From the NCBI GenBank assembly GCA_965277415.1, contig CBDICS010000081.1, positions 85,213 to 117,212 of the forward strand: a stretch of DNA of 32,000 nucleotides. The letters run 5' to 3'. This stretch comes from Saprospiraceae bacterium (lineage in GTDB: Bacteria; Bacteroidota; Bacteroidia; Chitinophagales; Saprospiraceae). The notes beneath the pieces are model-generated. The model was given only the letters and a program-made list of their open reading frames with translations, was not told the DNA's origin and searched no databases. Each line of letters starts with the position of its first letter. Position 1 is the stretch's first letter. Made by a program: the position numbers and the translations under genes. This document shows, piece after piece, positions 17,352 to 26,300 of the stretch.

Positions 17352-18158
17352 ATGTTTGAATTAAACGGAAAAGTTGCAATTATCACTGGAGGTGCAGGAG
17401 TTCTAGGTGGGGCAATGGCGGAAGGCTTAGCTAATGCGGGGGCTAAAGTAGGTATTTTAAGTCGAACCAAATCTAAGGTAGAAAAAAAGGTCAGGCAAAT
17501 AAAAAAGAATGGGGGAGAGGCTATTGCTTTAGTAGCAGATGTATTAGATGAAAAGCAATTAAAGGCAGCAGCTAAGAAAATCCTAAAAAAGTGGGGAAGG
17601 ATTGATATTTTGTTAAATTCAGCCGGAGGGAATATGAAGGGTGCAACCATTATGCCTGAGCAAAGTATTTTTGATTTGTCTATGGATGATTTTACTAAGG
17701 TGACTGATCTGAACTTAAAAGGTACCGTTTTACCCACGATGGTTTTTGGACAAACAATGGCTAAGCAAAAAAAAGGCTGTATTATAAATATTTCATCAAT
17801 GGCTGCTCAACAAGCGATCACTAGAGTCGTTGGATATTCTGCTTCCAAAGCTGCGATTGATAATTTTACTAAATGGATGGCAGTAGAAATGGCGCATAAA
17901 TTTGGCGAAGGTATTCGAGTTAATGCGATTGCGCCTGGCTTTTTTATTGCGGATCAAAATAGACGACTACTAACAAATGAAGATGGAAGTTTAACAACTA
18001 GAGGTCAAACTATTATCAATGAAACGCCTATAAAACGTTTTGGTGAACCCGAAGAATTAACGAGTACCTTACTTTGGTTGTGTAGTGATGCTTCTAGTTT
18101 TATTACAGGGGTTATTGTCCCTGTTGATGGTGGGTTTAGTGCTTTTTCTGGGGTGTAA
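17352..18158 (+). CDS. SDR family oxidoreductase, probably the SDR-type D-mannonate/fructuronate oxidoreductase (UxuB-like) of the hexuronate pathway
   Basis: ITGGAGVLGGAM cofactor motif, catalytic YSASKAA, and IRVNAIAPGFF. The functional guess rests on context with uxuA/uxaC. I prefer the start at MFELNGK (17352); the track gives 17319. Confidence 0.8.
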   Translation: MFELNGKVAIITGGAGVLGGAMAEGLANAGAKVGILSRTKSKVEKKVRQIKKNGGEAIALVADVLDEKQLKAAAKKILKKWGRIDILLNSAGGNMKGATIMPEQSIFDLSMDDFTKVTDLNLKGTVLPTMVFGQTMAKQKKGCIINISSMAAQQAITRVVGYSASKAAIDNFTKWMAVEMAHKFGEGIRVNAIAPGFFIADQNRRLLTNEDGSLTTRGQTIINETPIKRFGEPEELTSTLLWLCSDASSFITGVIVPVDGGFSAFSGV

Positions 18159-18164
18159 CTTATT

Positions 18165-18240
18165 TGCCACAAAGACACGAAGGCACAAAGTTTTATAAAA
18201 ATAGAAGATAAAGACCTTAGCGTCTTCGTGCCTTAGTGGC
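18165..18240. repeat. Palindromic repeat module (L arm - 25-nt loop - R arm) upstream of the GxxExxY gene
   Basis: L = GCCACAAAGACACGAAGGCACAAAG (18166-18190). R = CTTAGCGTCTTCGTGCCTTAGTGGC (18216-18240). The arms are complementary at 20 of 25 positions, plus one G-U. The first 30 nt (18165-18194) recur exactly at 18925-18954. Confidence 0.85.
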
Positions 18241-18282
18241 GAAAAAATAAATAATTGGTTTTAACAAAAAAATACATCAACT

Positions 18283-18839
18283 ATGAGTTACACAACACTT
18301 TCAGAAAAAGAAGAGGTAATTGGTAAAGCCATCGTAGATGCTGCATACCAAGTTCATAAAGAACTCGGCCCTGGTCTATTAGAGAAAGTTTACGAAGTAT
18401 GTATGGCTCATGTATTAAGAAAAGCAGGTCATAAAGTTGATCGACAAGTTGATATTCCAATTGTATTTGATGGATTGGTTTTCGATGAAGGATTGAGGTT
18501 GGACTTACTCGTAGATGATATGGTAATTGTAGAACTAAAAGCTGTTGAAAAAGTCAACCCAGTTTGGCAAGCTCAAATTATCAGTCACTTAGAGCCTGTT
18601 TAAAAATTATTAGCTGGGCTGCAAAAACGTCTTTTTCGCCCACTCTGCGGCTTTTTCGATTACAATAGCTAAGGCTATTCCAATCGAAAAGAGCCTTGAT
18701 TGGTCATAAAATCCTGTTTTTTCGCCTAAGCGAACAAAATTTAAACAGGCTCTTAAAATTGACAAACAAAAATTTAGGTTACCTAATTAATTTCAATGTT
18801 CCTTTGATAAAGCAGGGAATCAAAAGGATTAGAAAATAA
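18283..18839 (+). pseudogene. GxxExxY protein gene (PD-(D/E)XK nuclease-like superfamily), disrupted by a 161-bp MITE
   Basis: GLLEKVY at aa 31-37 is the G-x-x-E-x-x-Y signature, and DLLVDDMVIVELKA is a D...ExK-like core. The ORF runs ...QAQIISHL, then reads into the insert (EPV stop). Deleting 18592-18755 restores ...ISHL-KLTNKNLGYLINFNVPLIKQGIKRIRK-stop (18837-18839), a 130-aa protein with the family's typical C-terminus. Confidence 0.85.
18592..18752. mobile_element. MITE-like non-autonomous element, 161 bp, 13-bp perfect TIRs, 3-bp TTA target-site duplication
   Basis: GAGCCTGTTTAAA (18592-18604) and TTTAAACAGGCTC (18740-18752) are exact reverse complements. They are flanked by TTA (18589-18591) and TTA (18753-18755). 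The interior is an imperfect long palindrome, e.g. CTTTTTCGATTACAATAGC / GCTATTCCAATCGAAAAG. No ORF. Excising it together with one TTA copy restores the host reading frame. Confidence 0.85.
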
Positions 18840-18853
18840 TAAGTATAAACCCC

Positions 18854-18984
18854 CTTAGCGTCTTTGCGCCTTCGTGGCAAAAAACACCACACTCAAAGGG
18901 AAAAGAACCGAAAAGATTAATAAATGCCACAAAGACACGAAGGCACAAAGTTTTTTAGAGATAGAAAATAAATCCCTTAGTGGC
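18854..18984. repeat. Second palindromic repeat module (R arm - loop - L arm - truncated R) downstream of the GxxExxY gene
   Basis: R' = CTTAGCGTCTTTGCGCCTTCGTGGC (18854-18878). L = GCCACAAAGACACGAAGGCACAAAG (18926-18950), identical to 18166-18190. The loop-like segment ATAGAAAATAAATCC resembles ATAGAAGATAAAGAC of module 1. Only CTTAGTGGC (18976-18984) remains of the following R arm. Confidence 0.8.
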
Positions 18985-19033
18985 AAAAAAAATCAAAGAA
19001 AGCAAAGCCAAAAAAACAACACCTTAAAAACAA

Positions 19034-20212
19034 ATGAAAAAACTACAACAAACATGGAGATGGTATGGCCCTGACGATCCAGTCAGTTTATCAGATATCA
19101 GACAAGCAGGTGCAACAGGCATCGTAAGTGCATTACACCATATTCCCAACGGAGAAATTTGGACGGTTACAGAAATTCAAAAACGTAAAAAAATCATAGA
19201 AGATGCGGGTTTGAAATGGTCTGTAGTCGAAAGCGTACCGATCCATGAAGATATTAAACGACAAACAGGGCATTATAAAAAATACATCGAAAACTATAAG
19301 CAGAGTATCCAAAATTTAGGCCAATGCGATGTACGAATTATCACCTATAATTTTATGCCCGTAGTGGACTGGACTAGAACGGATTTAGATTTTCCAATGG
19401 CGGATGGATCAAGTGCTTTGCGATTTGAAAAAGCGGTATTTGCTGCCTTTGAATTATATATTTTAAAAAGACCAGGAGCAGTAGACAATTATACTGAGGC
19501 AGAACAAAAAAATGCAAAGAAACGCCTAGAACAAATGAGTGATGCAGAAATCACCAAAGTCACCCAAAATATAATAGCAGGTCTACCGGGGGGAACGACT
19601 GAAGGCCTTACCAATTTAACCAATTTTCAAGCAGTATTAGAAACGTATAAAGATATTGATGCGAAAGGTTTGCAATCGCACTTAATCCATTTTTTAGAAG
19701 AGATTATTCCAGTTGCAGATGAATCAAGTGTAAAAATGGCAATTCATCCAGATGATCCACCTTTCTCTTTATTCGGTTTACCTAGAGTTGTGAGTACAGA
19801 AGAAGATATCAAAGCAATTTTTAATGCCGTAGATTCGCCCAATAATGGTTTGTGCTTTTGTACTGGTTCTTTTGGCGTTCGGCCAGATAATGATTTACCA
19901 CAGATGGTTCGAAACTTAGGGCATCGGATTAATTTTATCCATTTACGTGCGACTAAAAGAGATGAGTTTGGTAACTTCCATGAAGCAGACCATTTAGATG
20001 GTGATGTAGATATGTTTGCAGTGATGAAAGCATTGGTTGAAGTTCAACAAACCCATAAATCTGCTATTCCAATGCGACCAGATCATGGACATAAAATGTT
20101 GGATGATTTGACTAAAAAAACGAATCCCGGTTACTCGGCCATTGGTAGATTAAGGGGATTAGCAGAGTTGCGTGGCTTGGAATTAGGCATTTGCAGAAGT
20201 ATGCAAGCATAA
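19034..20212 (+). CDS. uxuA: Mannonate dehydratase
   Basis: 392 aa. The N-terminus [34 protein letters not shown] is the UxuA hallmark. Confidence 0.93.
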   Translation: MKKLQQTWRWYGPDDPVSLSDIRQAGATGIVSALHHIPNGEIWTVTEIQKRKKIIEDAGLKWSVVESVPIHEDIKRQTGHYKKYIENYKQSIQNLGQCDVRIITYNFMPVVDWTRTDLDFPMADGSSALRFEKAVFAAFELYILKRPGAVDNYTEAEQKNAKKRLEQMSDAEITKVTQNIIAGLPGGTTEGLTNLTNFQAVLETYKDIDAKGLQSHLIHFLEEIIPVADESSVKMAIHPDDPPFSLFGLPRVVSTEEDIKAIFNAVDSPNNGLCFCTGSFGVRPDNDLPQMVRNLGHRINFIHLRATKRDEFGNFHEADHLDGDVDMFAVMKALVEVQQTHKSAIPMRPDHGHKMLDDLTKKTNPGYSAIGRLRGLAELRGLELGICRSMQA

Positions 20213-20240
20213 AGAAAATTAAATACGAATTTATCCGCAT

Positions 20241-21638
20241 ATGAAACCTTTTTTAAACGAACACTTTTTACTAGAGAATAAATTTTCGAAAAAATTATAC
20301 CACGATTTTGCCGCGGGTATGCCTATCATCGACTATCATAATCATTTGCCACCAGATGAAATTGCAGCGAATAAAAAATTTGAAAACATCACTGATGTCT
20401 GGCTGAAAGGCGACCACTATAAATGGCGTGCTATGCGTGCAAATGGCATTGATGAAAAGTATATAACTGGTGCCAGCATGGATAAATCGAAATTCTTAAA
20501 ATGGGCAGAAACAGTGCCCTATACTATGCGGAATCCATTATACCATTGGACGCATTTAGAATTACAGCGCTATTTTAATATTAACGATTTATTGAATGAA
20601 AAAACAGGCGAGGCTATTTATAAGAATACAAGCGACCAATTAAAATCAGCTGATTTTTCTACTCAAGGTTTATTGAATAAAATGAATGTCAAAGTAGTTT
20701 GTACGACTGATGACCCAACAGATAACTTAGAGCATCATAAGAAATTAAAAGATGAAAAATGGGCTTGCAAAATGCTGCCAGGATTTCGTCCTGATAAATT
20801 AATCCTCATTGACAAGCCTGCTTTTGTAGATAAAATCCATGACTTAGAATCAATTACTGGAAGAACGATCAGGGATTTAATGGACTTACTAGCCGCCTTG
20901 GAAAATCGAGTGGAATACTTCCATGCTTTAGGAGGTAGGGTTGCGGATCATGGACTAAGTCAATTATATGGGGTCGATTTTACAGAGGAAGAAGTTGATA
21001 AAATATTAAAGAAACGATTAGCAGGGCAAAGTATTTTTACTGGAGAAGCGATTCAATTTCAATCTTGTGTTTTATATCATTTAGCCAAAATGTATCATGC
21101 TAGAAATTGGATAATGCAATTCCATTTAGGTGCCTTACGAAATAATAATCAGCGCTTGATGAATACTTTAGGAGCAGATGTAGGCTGCGACTCCATTGGT
21201 GACTTTCGACAAGCACAGGGACTTTCTCGATTTTTCAATCGCTTGGATACAGAAGGAAAATTGACAAAGACTATTATCTATAACCTCAACCCTGGAGATA
21301 ATGAAGTCTTTGCTACAATGGTTGGCAATTATAATGATGGAAGTGTCGCAGGAAAAATGCAATGGGGTTCAGCTTGGTGGTTTTTAGATCAAAAAGATGG
21401 AATGGAAGACCAAATAAATGTCTTATCTAATATGGGCTTATTGAGTCGGTTTATAGGAATGTTGACGGATAGCCGAAGCTTTTTATCTTTTCCAAGGCAT
21501 GAATATTTTAGGCGAATTTTATGCAATTTAATTGGAAAGGATATTGAAAAAGGGGAATTGCCAAATGATATAGAGTGGTTGGGGCAGATGGTTCAAGATA
21601 TTTGTTATAATAATGCAAAAGCGTATTTTGATTTTTAG
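20241..21638 (+). CDS. uxaC: Glucuronate isomerase
   Basis: 465 aa. FLNEHFLLENKFSKKLYHDFAAGMPIIDYHNHL and DHYKWRAMRANG are UxaC hallmarks. Confidence 0.93.
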   Translation: MKPFLNEHFLLENKFSKKLYHDFAAGMPIIDYHNHLPPDEIAANKKFENITDVWLKGDHYKWRAMRANGIDEKYITGASMDKSKFLKWAETVPYTMRNPLYHWTHLELQRYFNINDLLNEKTGEAIYKNTSDQLKSADFSTQGLLNKMNVKVVCTTDDPTDNLEHHKKLKDEKWACKMLPGFRPDKLILIDKPAFVDKIHDLESITGRTIRDLMDLLAALENRVEYFHALGGRVADHGLSQLYGVDFTEEEVDKILKKRLAGQSIFTGEAIQFQSCVLYHLAKMYHARNWIMQFHLGALRNNNQRLMNTLGADVGCDSIGDFRQAQGLSRFFNRLDTEGKLTKTIIYNLNPGDNEVFATMVGNYNDGSVAGKMQWGSAWWFLDQKDGMEDQINVLSNMGLLSRFIGMLTDSRSFLSFPRHEYFRRILCNLIGKDIEKGELPNDIEWLGQMVQDICYNNAKAYFDF

Positions 21639-21659
21639 AGTTTCCTAAAATTAATCATC

Positions 21660-22643
21660 ATGTCAAAACGATTACCCTTTTTACTTTTACTTTTACCATT
21701 CCTTTTCCTTTTGCATGGTTGTGCAGAAATTTCTGATACCAAGTTTCTTAAATTAGCGCATGGTTTAGACGTAACACATCCTGTCCATGCAGGTATGGAA
21801 TTCATGGCCGAGCGGCTCGCTGAAAAATCAAGTGGCAAACTCCAAATTGAAATTTACCCTGCTCAGCAATTAGGGACTCAAAGACAAGCATTAGAATTAT
21901 TACAAATTGGTAGTCTAGCTATGACTAAAGCTTCGGGAGCGGTAATGGAAAGTTTTGCACCCAAAATTAAAGTCTTAAGCCTTCCTTATATTTTTAAAGG
22001 AAGAGAACATGGGTATAGAGTCCAAGATAGCCCTGTTGGGAAAAGTCTATTATTAGCAAGCGAAAAATATTGGTTGAGAGGACTAGGATATTTTGATGCG
22101 GGACAGCGTTCTTTTTATACCAAAGATAGACCTATCGAAAGCCCTGAAGATTTAGAAGGATTAAAAATTAGAGTTCAGGAAAGTGTCACGGCAATGGACC
22201 TTGTACGTTCTCTAGGTGCTGCACCTACGCCGATATCATTTGGAGAATTATATGCTGCTTTACAACAAGGCGTTGTAGATGGTGCCGAAAACAATCCGCC
22301 TAGTTTTTATACTTCCAGACATTATGAAGTTTGTAAGTATTATTCTTTAAATGAGCACACTGCTGTTCCGGATATTTTAGTGATTGGAACAGTAGCATGG
22401 AATAGGTTAAGTCCGCAAGAACAAGTTTGGCTACAAGAAGCAGCTGATGAAGCAATTGCCTTTCAAAGAAAACTATGGGTAAAGGCTGAACAAGAAGCAT
22501 TAGATGCGGTACAGGCAGCAGGAGTGACAATTATTCGCCCAGATAAATCTGCCTTTATGACTAAAACAAAAGGCCTCTTGGGTGAATATAAAGATGATAA
22601 AGAAATGTTTGATTTAATTCAAAAAATACAAGCCATTGATTAA
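21660..22643 (+). CDS. dctP: TRAP transporter substrate-binding lipoprotein (DctP family)
   Basis: 327 aa. Lipobox LLHGC. DctP-family blocks YPAQQLG, GLKIRVQES and GVVDGAENNP. Followed by dctQ and dctM. Confidence 0.85.
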   Translation: MSKRLPFLLLLLPFLFLLHGCAEISDTKFLKLAHGLDVTHPVHAGMEFMAERLAEKSSGKLQIEIYPAQQLGTQRQALELLQIGSLAMTKASGAVMESFAPKIKVLSLPYIFKGREHGYRVQDSPVGKSLLLASEKYWLRGLGYFDAGQRSFYTKDRPIESPEDLEGLKIRVQESVTAMDLVRSLGAAPTPISFGELYAALQQGVVDGAENNPPSFYTSRHYEVCKYYSLNEHTAVPDILVIGTVAWNRLSPQEQVWLQEAADEAIAFQRKLWVKAEQEALDAVQAAGVTIIRPDKSAFMTKTKGLLGEYKDDKEMFDLIQKIQAID

Positions 22644-22762
22644 GGAATAATGGATTATTTACATATGAAATCCTATAGAATTTCTTCTACAAATCTAAAG
22701 GAATCTTCGCGTCAAATTAATCCAAGCGGTTATAAAGGAAAATACTATAAAATAAAAAGACT

Positions 22763-23218
22763 ATGCGAGAAAATATAAATTTTTACCTAGGCCGATTTTT
22801 AGTTCTTTTACTGACAATCATGACCATAGACGTTTTATGGGGTATTTTTACTCGATACGCAATGGGAGCACAAGCAAGCTGGTCAGAAGAATTAGCTCGG
22901 TTTCTATTAATATGGATAGGTATTTTAGGTGCTGCTTATGCCTCTGGACAAAATATGCATTTAGCCATTGACGTAGTTTCTTCAAAACTGAACGATACTG
23001 CAAATAAGCGACTGAATCTATTGATCAAAGGTTTAGTAATATCTTTTGCTCTGTTTGTTTTAGTGATTGGCGGCATTCGATTGATCTATGTTTCGCAAGT
23101 ATTAGGGCAACTATCCCCTGCTTTGCGAATACCAATGTCCTTCGTCTACGCGGTTGTACCCTTGAGCGGTTTACTAATTATCTATTACAAATTAACAGAA
23201 ACTTATCAGCCTCGCTAA
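22763..23218 (+). CDS. dctQ: TRAP transporter small permease (DctQ family)
   Basis: 151 aa with four predicted TM segments, WSEELARFLLIWIGILGAAYA, positioned between dctP and dctM. Confidence 0.85.
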   Translation: MRENINFYLGRFLVLLLTIMTIDVLWGIFTRYAMGAQASWSEELARFLLIWIGILGAAYASGQNMHLAIDVVSSKLNDTANKRLNLLIKGLVISFALFVLVIGGIRLIYVSQVLGQLSPALRIPMSFVYAVVPLSGLLIIYYKLTETYQPR

Positions 23219-23238
23219 GAAATAAGAAAATCAAAATT

Positions 23239-24525
23239 ATGGAAGTTTTTATACTTGTTATATCCTTCATCATTTTATTAGGCATTGGCGTTCCAATTGC
23301 CTGGAGTATTGGCTTGAGTAGTATTTTTACCATGCTGGTGAGTATTCCTATTATACCTGCTTTGACGACAGTTGCACAAAGAATGGCAACAGGGTTGGAC
23401 AGCTTTTCGCTTTTAGCCATCCCTTTTTTCATTTTAGCTGGACAAATAATGAATCGCGGCGGGATTGCCAAGCGACTCATCACTTTTGCACGAACTTTAG
23501 TAGGATCTTTACCGGGAGGCTTAGCGCATGTGAATATTATCTCTGCTATGATGTTTGGAGCAATTGCTGGATCGGCAGTAGCCGCTGCCTCTGCAATCGG
23601 TAGTTTTATGACCGATGAAATGGAAAAGGAAGGATATAGTAAAGAATTTTCCGCAGCGGTGAATATTACTTCGTCTACCATGGGATTGATTATTCCTCCA
23701 AGTAATGTTTTGATTGTTTACTCACTGGCAAGTGGTGGGGTGTCTATTGCTGCGCTATTTTTAGCAGGTTATATTCCTGGTATTTTGACAGGCTTATTTT
23801 TAATGATCGTTGCTGCGATCTGGTCGAAAAAAAATGGCTATAAAGGCAGTAAGAGAAGTTCCTTAAAGCAAGTTTGGACGAGCTTCTGGAGTGCATTCCC
23901 AAGTTTACTATTATTAGTTGTAGTGATTGGTGGTATTGTAGGCGGTATATTTACAGCAACAGAGGCTTCAGCAGCAGCCGTTTTATATTGTTTAATCCTC
24001 ACTTATTTTTATAAAGAAGTCTCCTTCAAAGAATTGCCGGATATATTTTTAGGAGCAATCGGGACAACGGCTATTGTATTATTATTAATCGGTACATCTA
24101 TGAGTATGTCTTGGATAATGGCTTATGAAAATATTCCACAAGATATCACGGCAGCGCTATTATCTGTAAGTGATAGTAAGATTGTGATTTTATTAATTAT
24201 AAATTTGATACTACTCTTTGTAGGGATCTTTATGGATATGACACCAGCCGTTTTGATTTTTACACCTATCTTTTTACCAATCGTTACGGAATTGGGCATG
24301 GATCCTACTCACTTTGGAATTATGATGGTATTGAACCTTTGTATTGGTCTATGTACACCACCCGTTGGTGCAGTTTTATTTGTTGGGGTAGGGGTGGCAG
24401 GAACAACTATTCAGAAAGTGGTTCGACCTTTAATGCCATTCTTTATTGCGATGTTAATAGCATTAATATTAGTAACGTATATTCCTGAATTGAGCTTATG
24501 GTTTCCTGGGATGTTTGGTTTTTAA
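23239..24525 (+). CDS. dctM: TRAP transporter large permease (DctM family)
   Basis: 428 aa, polytopic. IPFFILAGQIMNRGGIAKRLI and GLIIPPSNVLIVY are typical DctM blocks. Confidence 0.9.
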   Translation: MEVFILVISFIILLGIGVPIAWSIGLSSIFTMLVSIPIIPALTTVAQRMATGLDSFSLLAIPFFILAGQIMNRGGIAKRLITFARTLVGSLPGGLAHVNIISAMMFGAIAGSAVAAASAIGSFMTDEMEKEGYSKEFSAAVNITSSTMGLIIPPSNVLIVYSLASGGVSIAALFLAGYIPGILTGLFLMIVAAIWSKKNGYKGSKRSSLKQVWTSFWSAFPSLLLLVVVIGGIVGGIFTATEASAAAVLYCLILTYFYKEVSFKELPDIFLGAIGTTAIVLLLIGTSMSMSWIMAYENIPQDITAALLSVSDSKIVILLIINLILLFVGIFMDMTPAVLIFTPIFLPIVTELGMDPTHFGIMMVLNLCIGLCTPPVGAVLFVGVGVAGTTIQKVVRPLMPFFIAMLIALILVTYIPELSLWFPGMFGF

Positions 24526-24926
24526 GACTTTGGGTTTATTGTAATTCCGGGCTAGGGCTAGATGCTCCTATCTATATTGTAAAATCCCTAACAATAGTTT
24601 TTCGAAAATAAGAATAAAAATATTATATTTGAAGAATGCAGTATTTAAGCTTGTGTAATAGGCAAATTCAATTCCCTATTGAATAGGTTATTGTAATTGA
24701 CAGGCTCTAAGTTACAGAAGTCTGAGCTTTCTTTACCTTGCATGCATTAGTACTAAATTTTCCGTTCGAAACCATTATTGTTAGCACTTTTGGCCTTCGT
24801 GAATCACTTCCTGAAGCAAAACTCTTTTTTATAAATACTACAACCACTAATTAACTTCAGCAATCATTCAAAAACCATATCGTTCAAGATCACAATTTTT
24901 CCAAATGCTAAAAAATAATATACACC

Positions 24927-26186
24927 ATGAAAAATAAAATCAATACGTTTATTTTAATGAGCTTATTTATCTTACTCCATTGTACGGTTAATTCCCAATC
25001 GAATGAACAAATAAAGGAAGCAGCAAAGTATACTTTTGAGATATACAAGCAGATTCACCAAGAACCGGAACTTGGGAAAAAGGAATTTAAAACCTCCGCA
25101 TTAATCAAGAAAGAATTACAAAAAATTGGCTATACTAAATTTTATACTGTCCAAGTTTTGCCGACTTGTATTATTGCAGAATTGGATACTCAAGTACCAG
25201 GGCCTATAATCGCTTTACGTGCAGAGTTAGATGCCAGACCGGGAAAAGAAAATACGGGTTTGCCCTATGCCTCAAAAACAGATACGACTAATCATAGTTG
25301 CGGACATGATGCACATGCTTCTATTTTACTTGGAACGGCTAAATTGCTTTTTAAAAATAAGGCAGCACTAAAAGGAAAGATTTACTTTATTTTTCAACCA
25401 GCAGAAGAAGTAAAAGGGGGCGCAGATGATATCGTTAAATCTGGTATTCTAAAATCTTTAAAAGTAGAAAATATATTTGCATTGCATTCCGTAGGGGGTA
25501 TGGCCGTCGGGACGGTTTCTATTTCTCCAGGGTATATGCTGGCTGGTAGCAATTACTTTACGATTAGTATCAAAGGTAAAGGTTCACATGCTGCCATTCC
25601 ATATGAAGGGAGTAATTTACCTGTACTGACTAGTAGAATGATTGAACTCATAACAGCTATTCCAGCGATCAAAATGGATATTTCATTGAGACCTTGTGTG
25701 ATTAGTCCTACGTATATCGAATTGGGCAACCCAAGGGCATTAAATGTGCTCACAGATACGGCTACGGTCAAAGGAACCATTCGGGCATATGAACCTGTAG
25801 ATGAGCCCTTTCAAGGCCAACCCTCAATTGAAGAGATCATTACCAGAGAGATTAGTAGACTATGTAAAACTCAAGATGCGAGCTGTACCATAAATATTCG
25901 GAAAGGTTCACCGCCTACTTATAATGACAATGATTTATTTAATACGACGATACCGGGACTGAAAGAAAATTTTTCGGGGACGATAGATACGACACCTTAT
26001 AAAGGTATGTTTTCGGAAGATTTTTCTTATTATACACAAGAATTCCCTTGCTTATATTTTGGGCTTGGCGTAGCGAAAGATAATTTAGGTTTTGCTGGTG
26101 TCCATACTAATGAGTTTTCGGTTCATCCAGATGCTTTTTTTTATGGGATTGAACTTTTTTTGAATATCGTAAAAGGTCATAAGTAA
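24927..26186 (+). CDS. Exported M20D-family amidohydrolase (N-acyl-amino acid amidohydrolase / hippurate hydrolase-like)
   Basis: 419 aa with a signal peptide. IHQEPELG, ALRAELDA, the metal-binding HSCGHDAHASILLGTAKLL and FQPAEE motifs. Confidence 0.85.
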   Translation: MKNKINTFILMSLFILLHCTVNSQSNEQIKEAAKYTFEIYKQIHQEPELGKKEFKTSALIKKELQKIGYTKFYTVQVLPTCIIAELDTQVPGPIIALRAELDARPGKENTGLPYASKTDTTNHSCGHDAHASILLGTAKLLFKNKAALKGKIYFIFQPAEEVKGGADDIVKSGILKSLKVENIFALHSVGGMAVGTVSISPGYMLAGSNYFTISIKGKGSHAAIPYEGSNLPVLTSRMIELITAIPAIKMDISLRPCVISPTYIELGNPRALNVLTDTATVKGTIRAYEPVDEPFQGQPSIEEIITREISRLCKTQDASCTINIRKGSPPTYNDNDLFNTTIPGLKENFSGTIDTTPYKGMFSEDFSYYTQEFPCLYFGLGVAKDNLGFAGVHTNEFSVHPDAFFYGIELFLNIVKGHK

Positions 26187-26265
26187 GTGCTTATATAAAA
26201 AATATTTTTGAGACGAGGTGCGGTGGTGCCTCATATCATATAGGTTGATCGCGAATACATAGAGA

Positions 26266-26300
26266 ATCCTGTATATCCTGTTAATCTTGTCAAAAAAAAA
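26266..26300. repeat. Degenerate 9-nt tandem repeat plus A-tract, 80 nt after the M20 stop
   Basis: ATCCTGTAT ATCCTGTTA ATCTTGTCA (26266-26292) followed by A9 (26292-26300). Confidence 0.7.

Noticed and set aside
17312-17737. 141-aa minus-strand ORF antisense to the SDR gene. The same kind of antisense ORFs occur at 23178-23681, 13298-13906, 8541-8927, 1951-2178, 3257-3532, 5896-6159, 9900-10103, 14772-14975, 21168-21362, 22300-22530, 25553-25780, 27429-27626, 28250-28477 and 29737-29943.
   Set aside because: All lie entirely within, and antisense or out of frame to, strongly supported conserved genes, and have no recognisable motifs. They are typical shadow ORFs.
18874-19074. 66-aa plus-strand ORF (…CHKDTKAQSF…) upstream of and overlapping the uxuA start
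   Set aside because: It is composed of the L-arm repeat and A-rich spacer. It has a Lys-rich low-complexity composition and overlaps the well-supported uxuA start in another frame.
22644-22762. 119-nt gap between dctP and dctQ: a possible upstream extension of dctQ from the ATG at 22650
   Set aside because: That ATG is in a different frame from dctQ and runs into a stop (…GAG AAA ATA TAA) overlapping the annotated start. The 22763 start gives a normal DctQ N-terminus.
24700-24710. ACAGGCTC followed by TAA, resembling the right end of the MITE (AAACAGGCTC-TTA)
   Set aside because: It is only an 8-nt match with no corresponding left end (GAGCCTGT) upstream. A match of this length is expected by chance in a 32-kb window searched on both strands.
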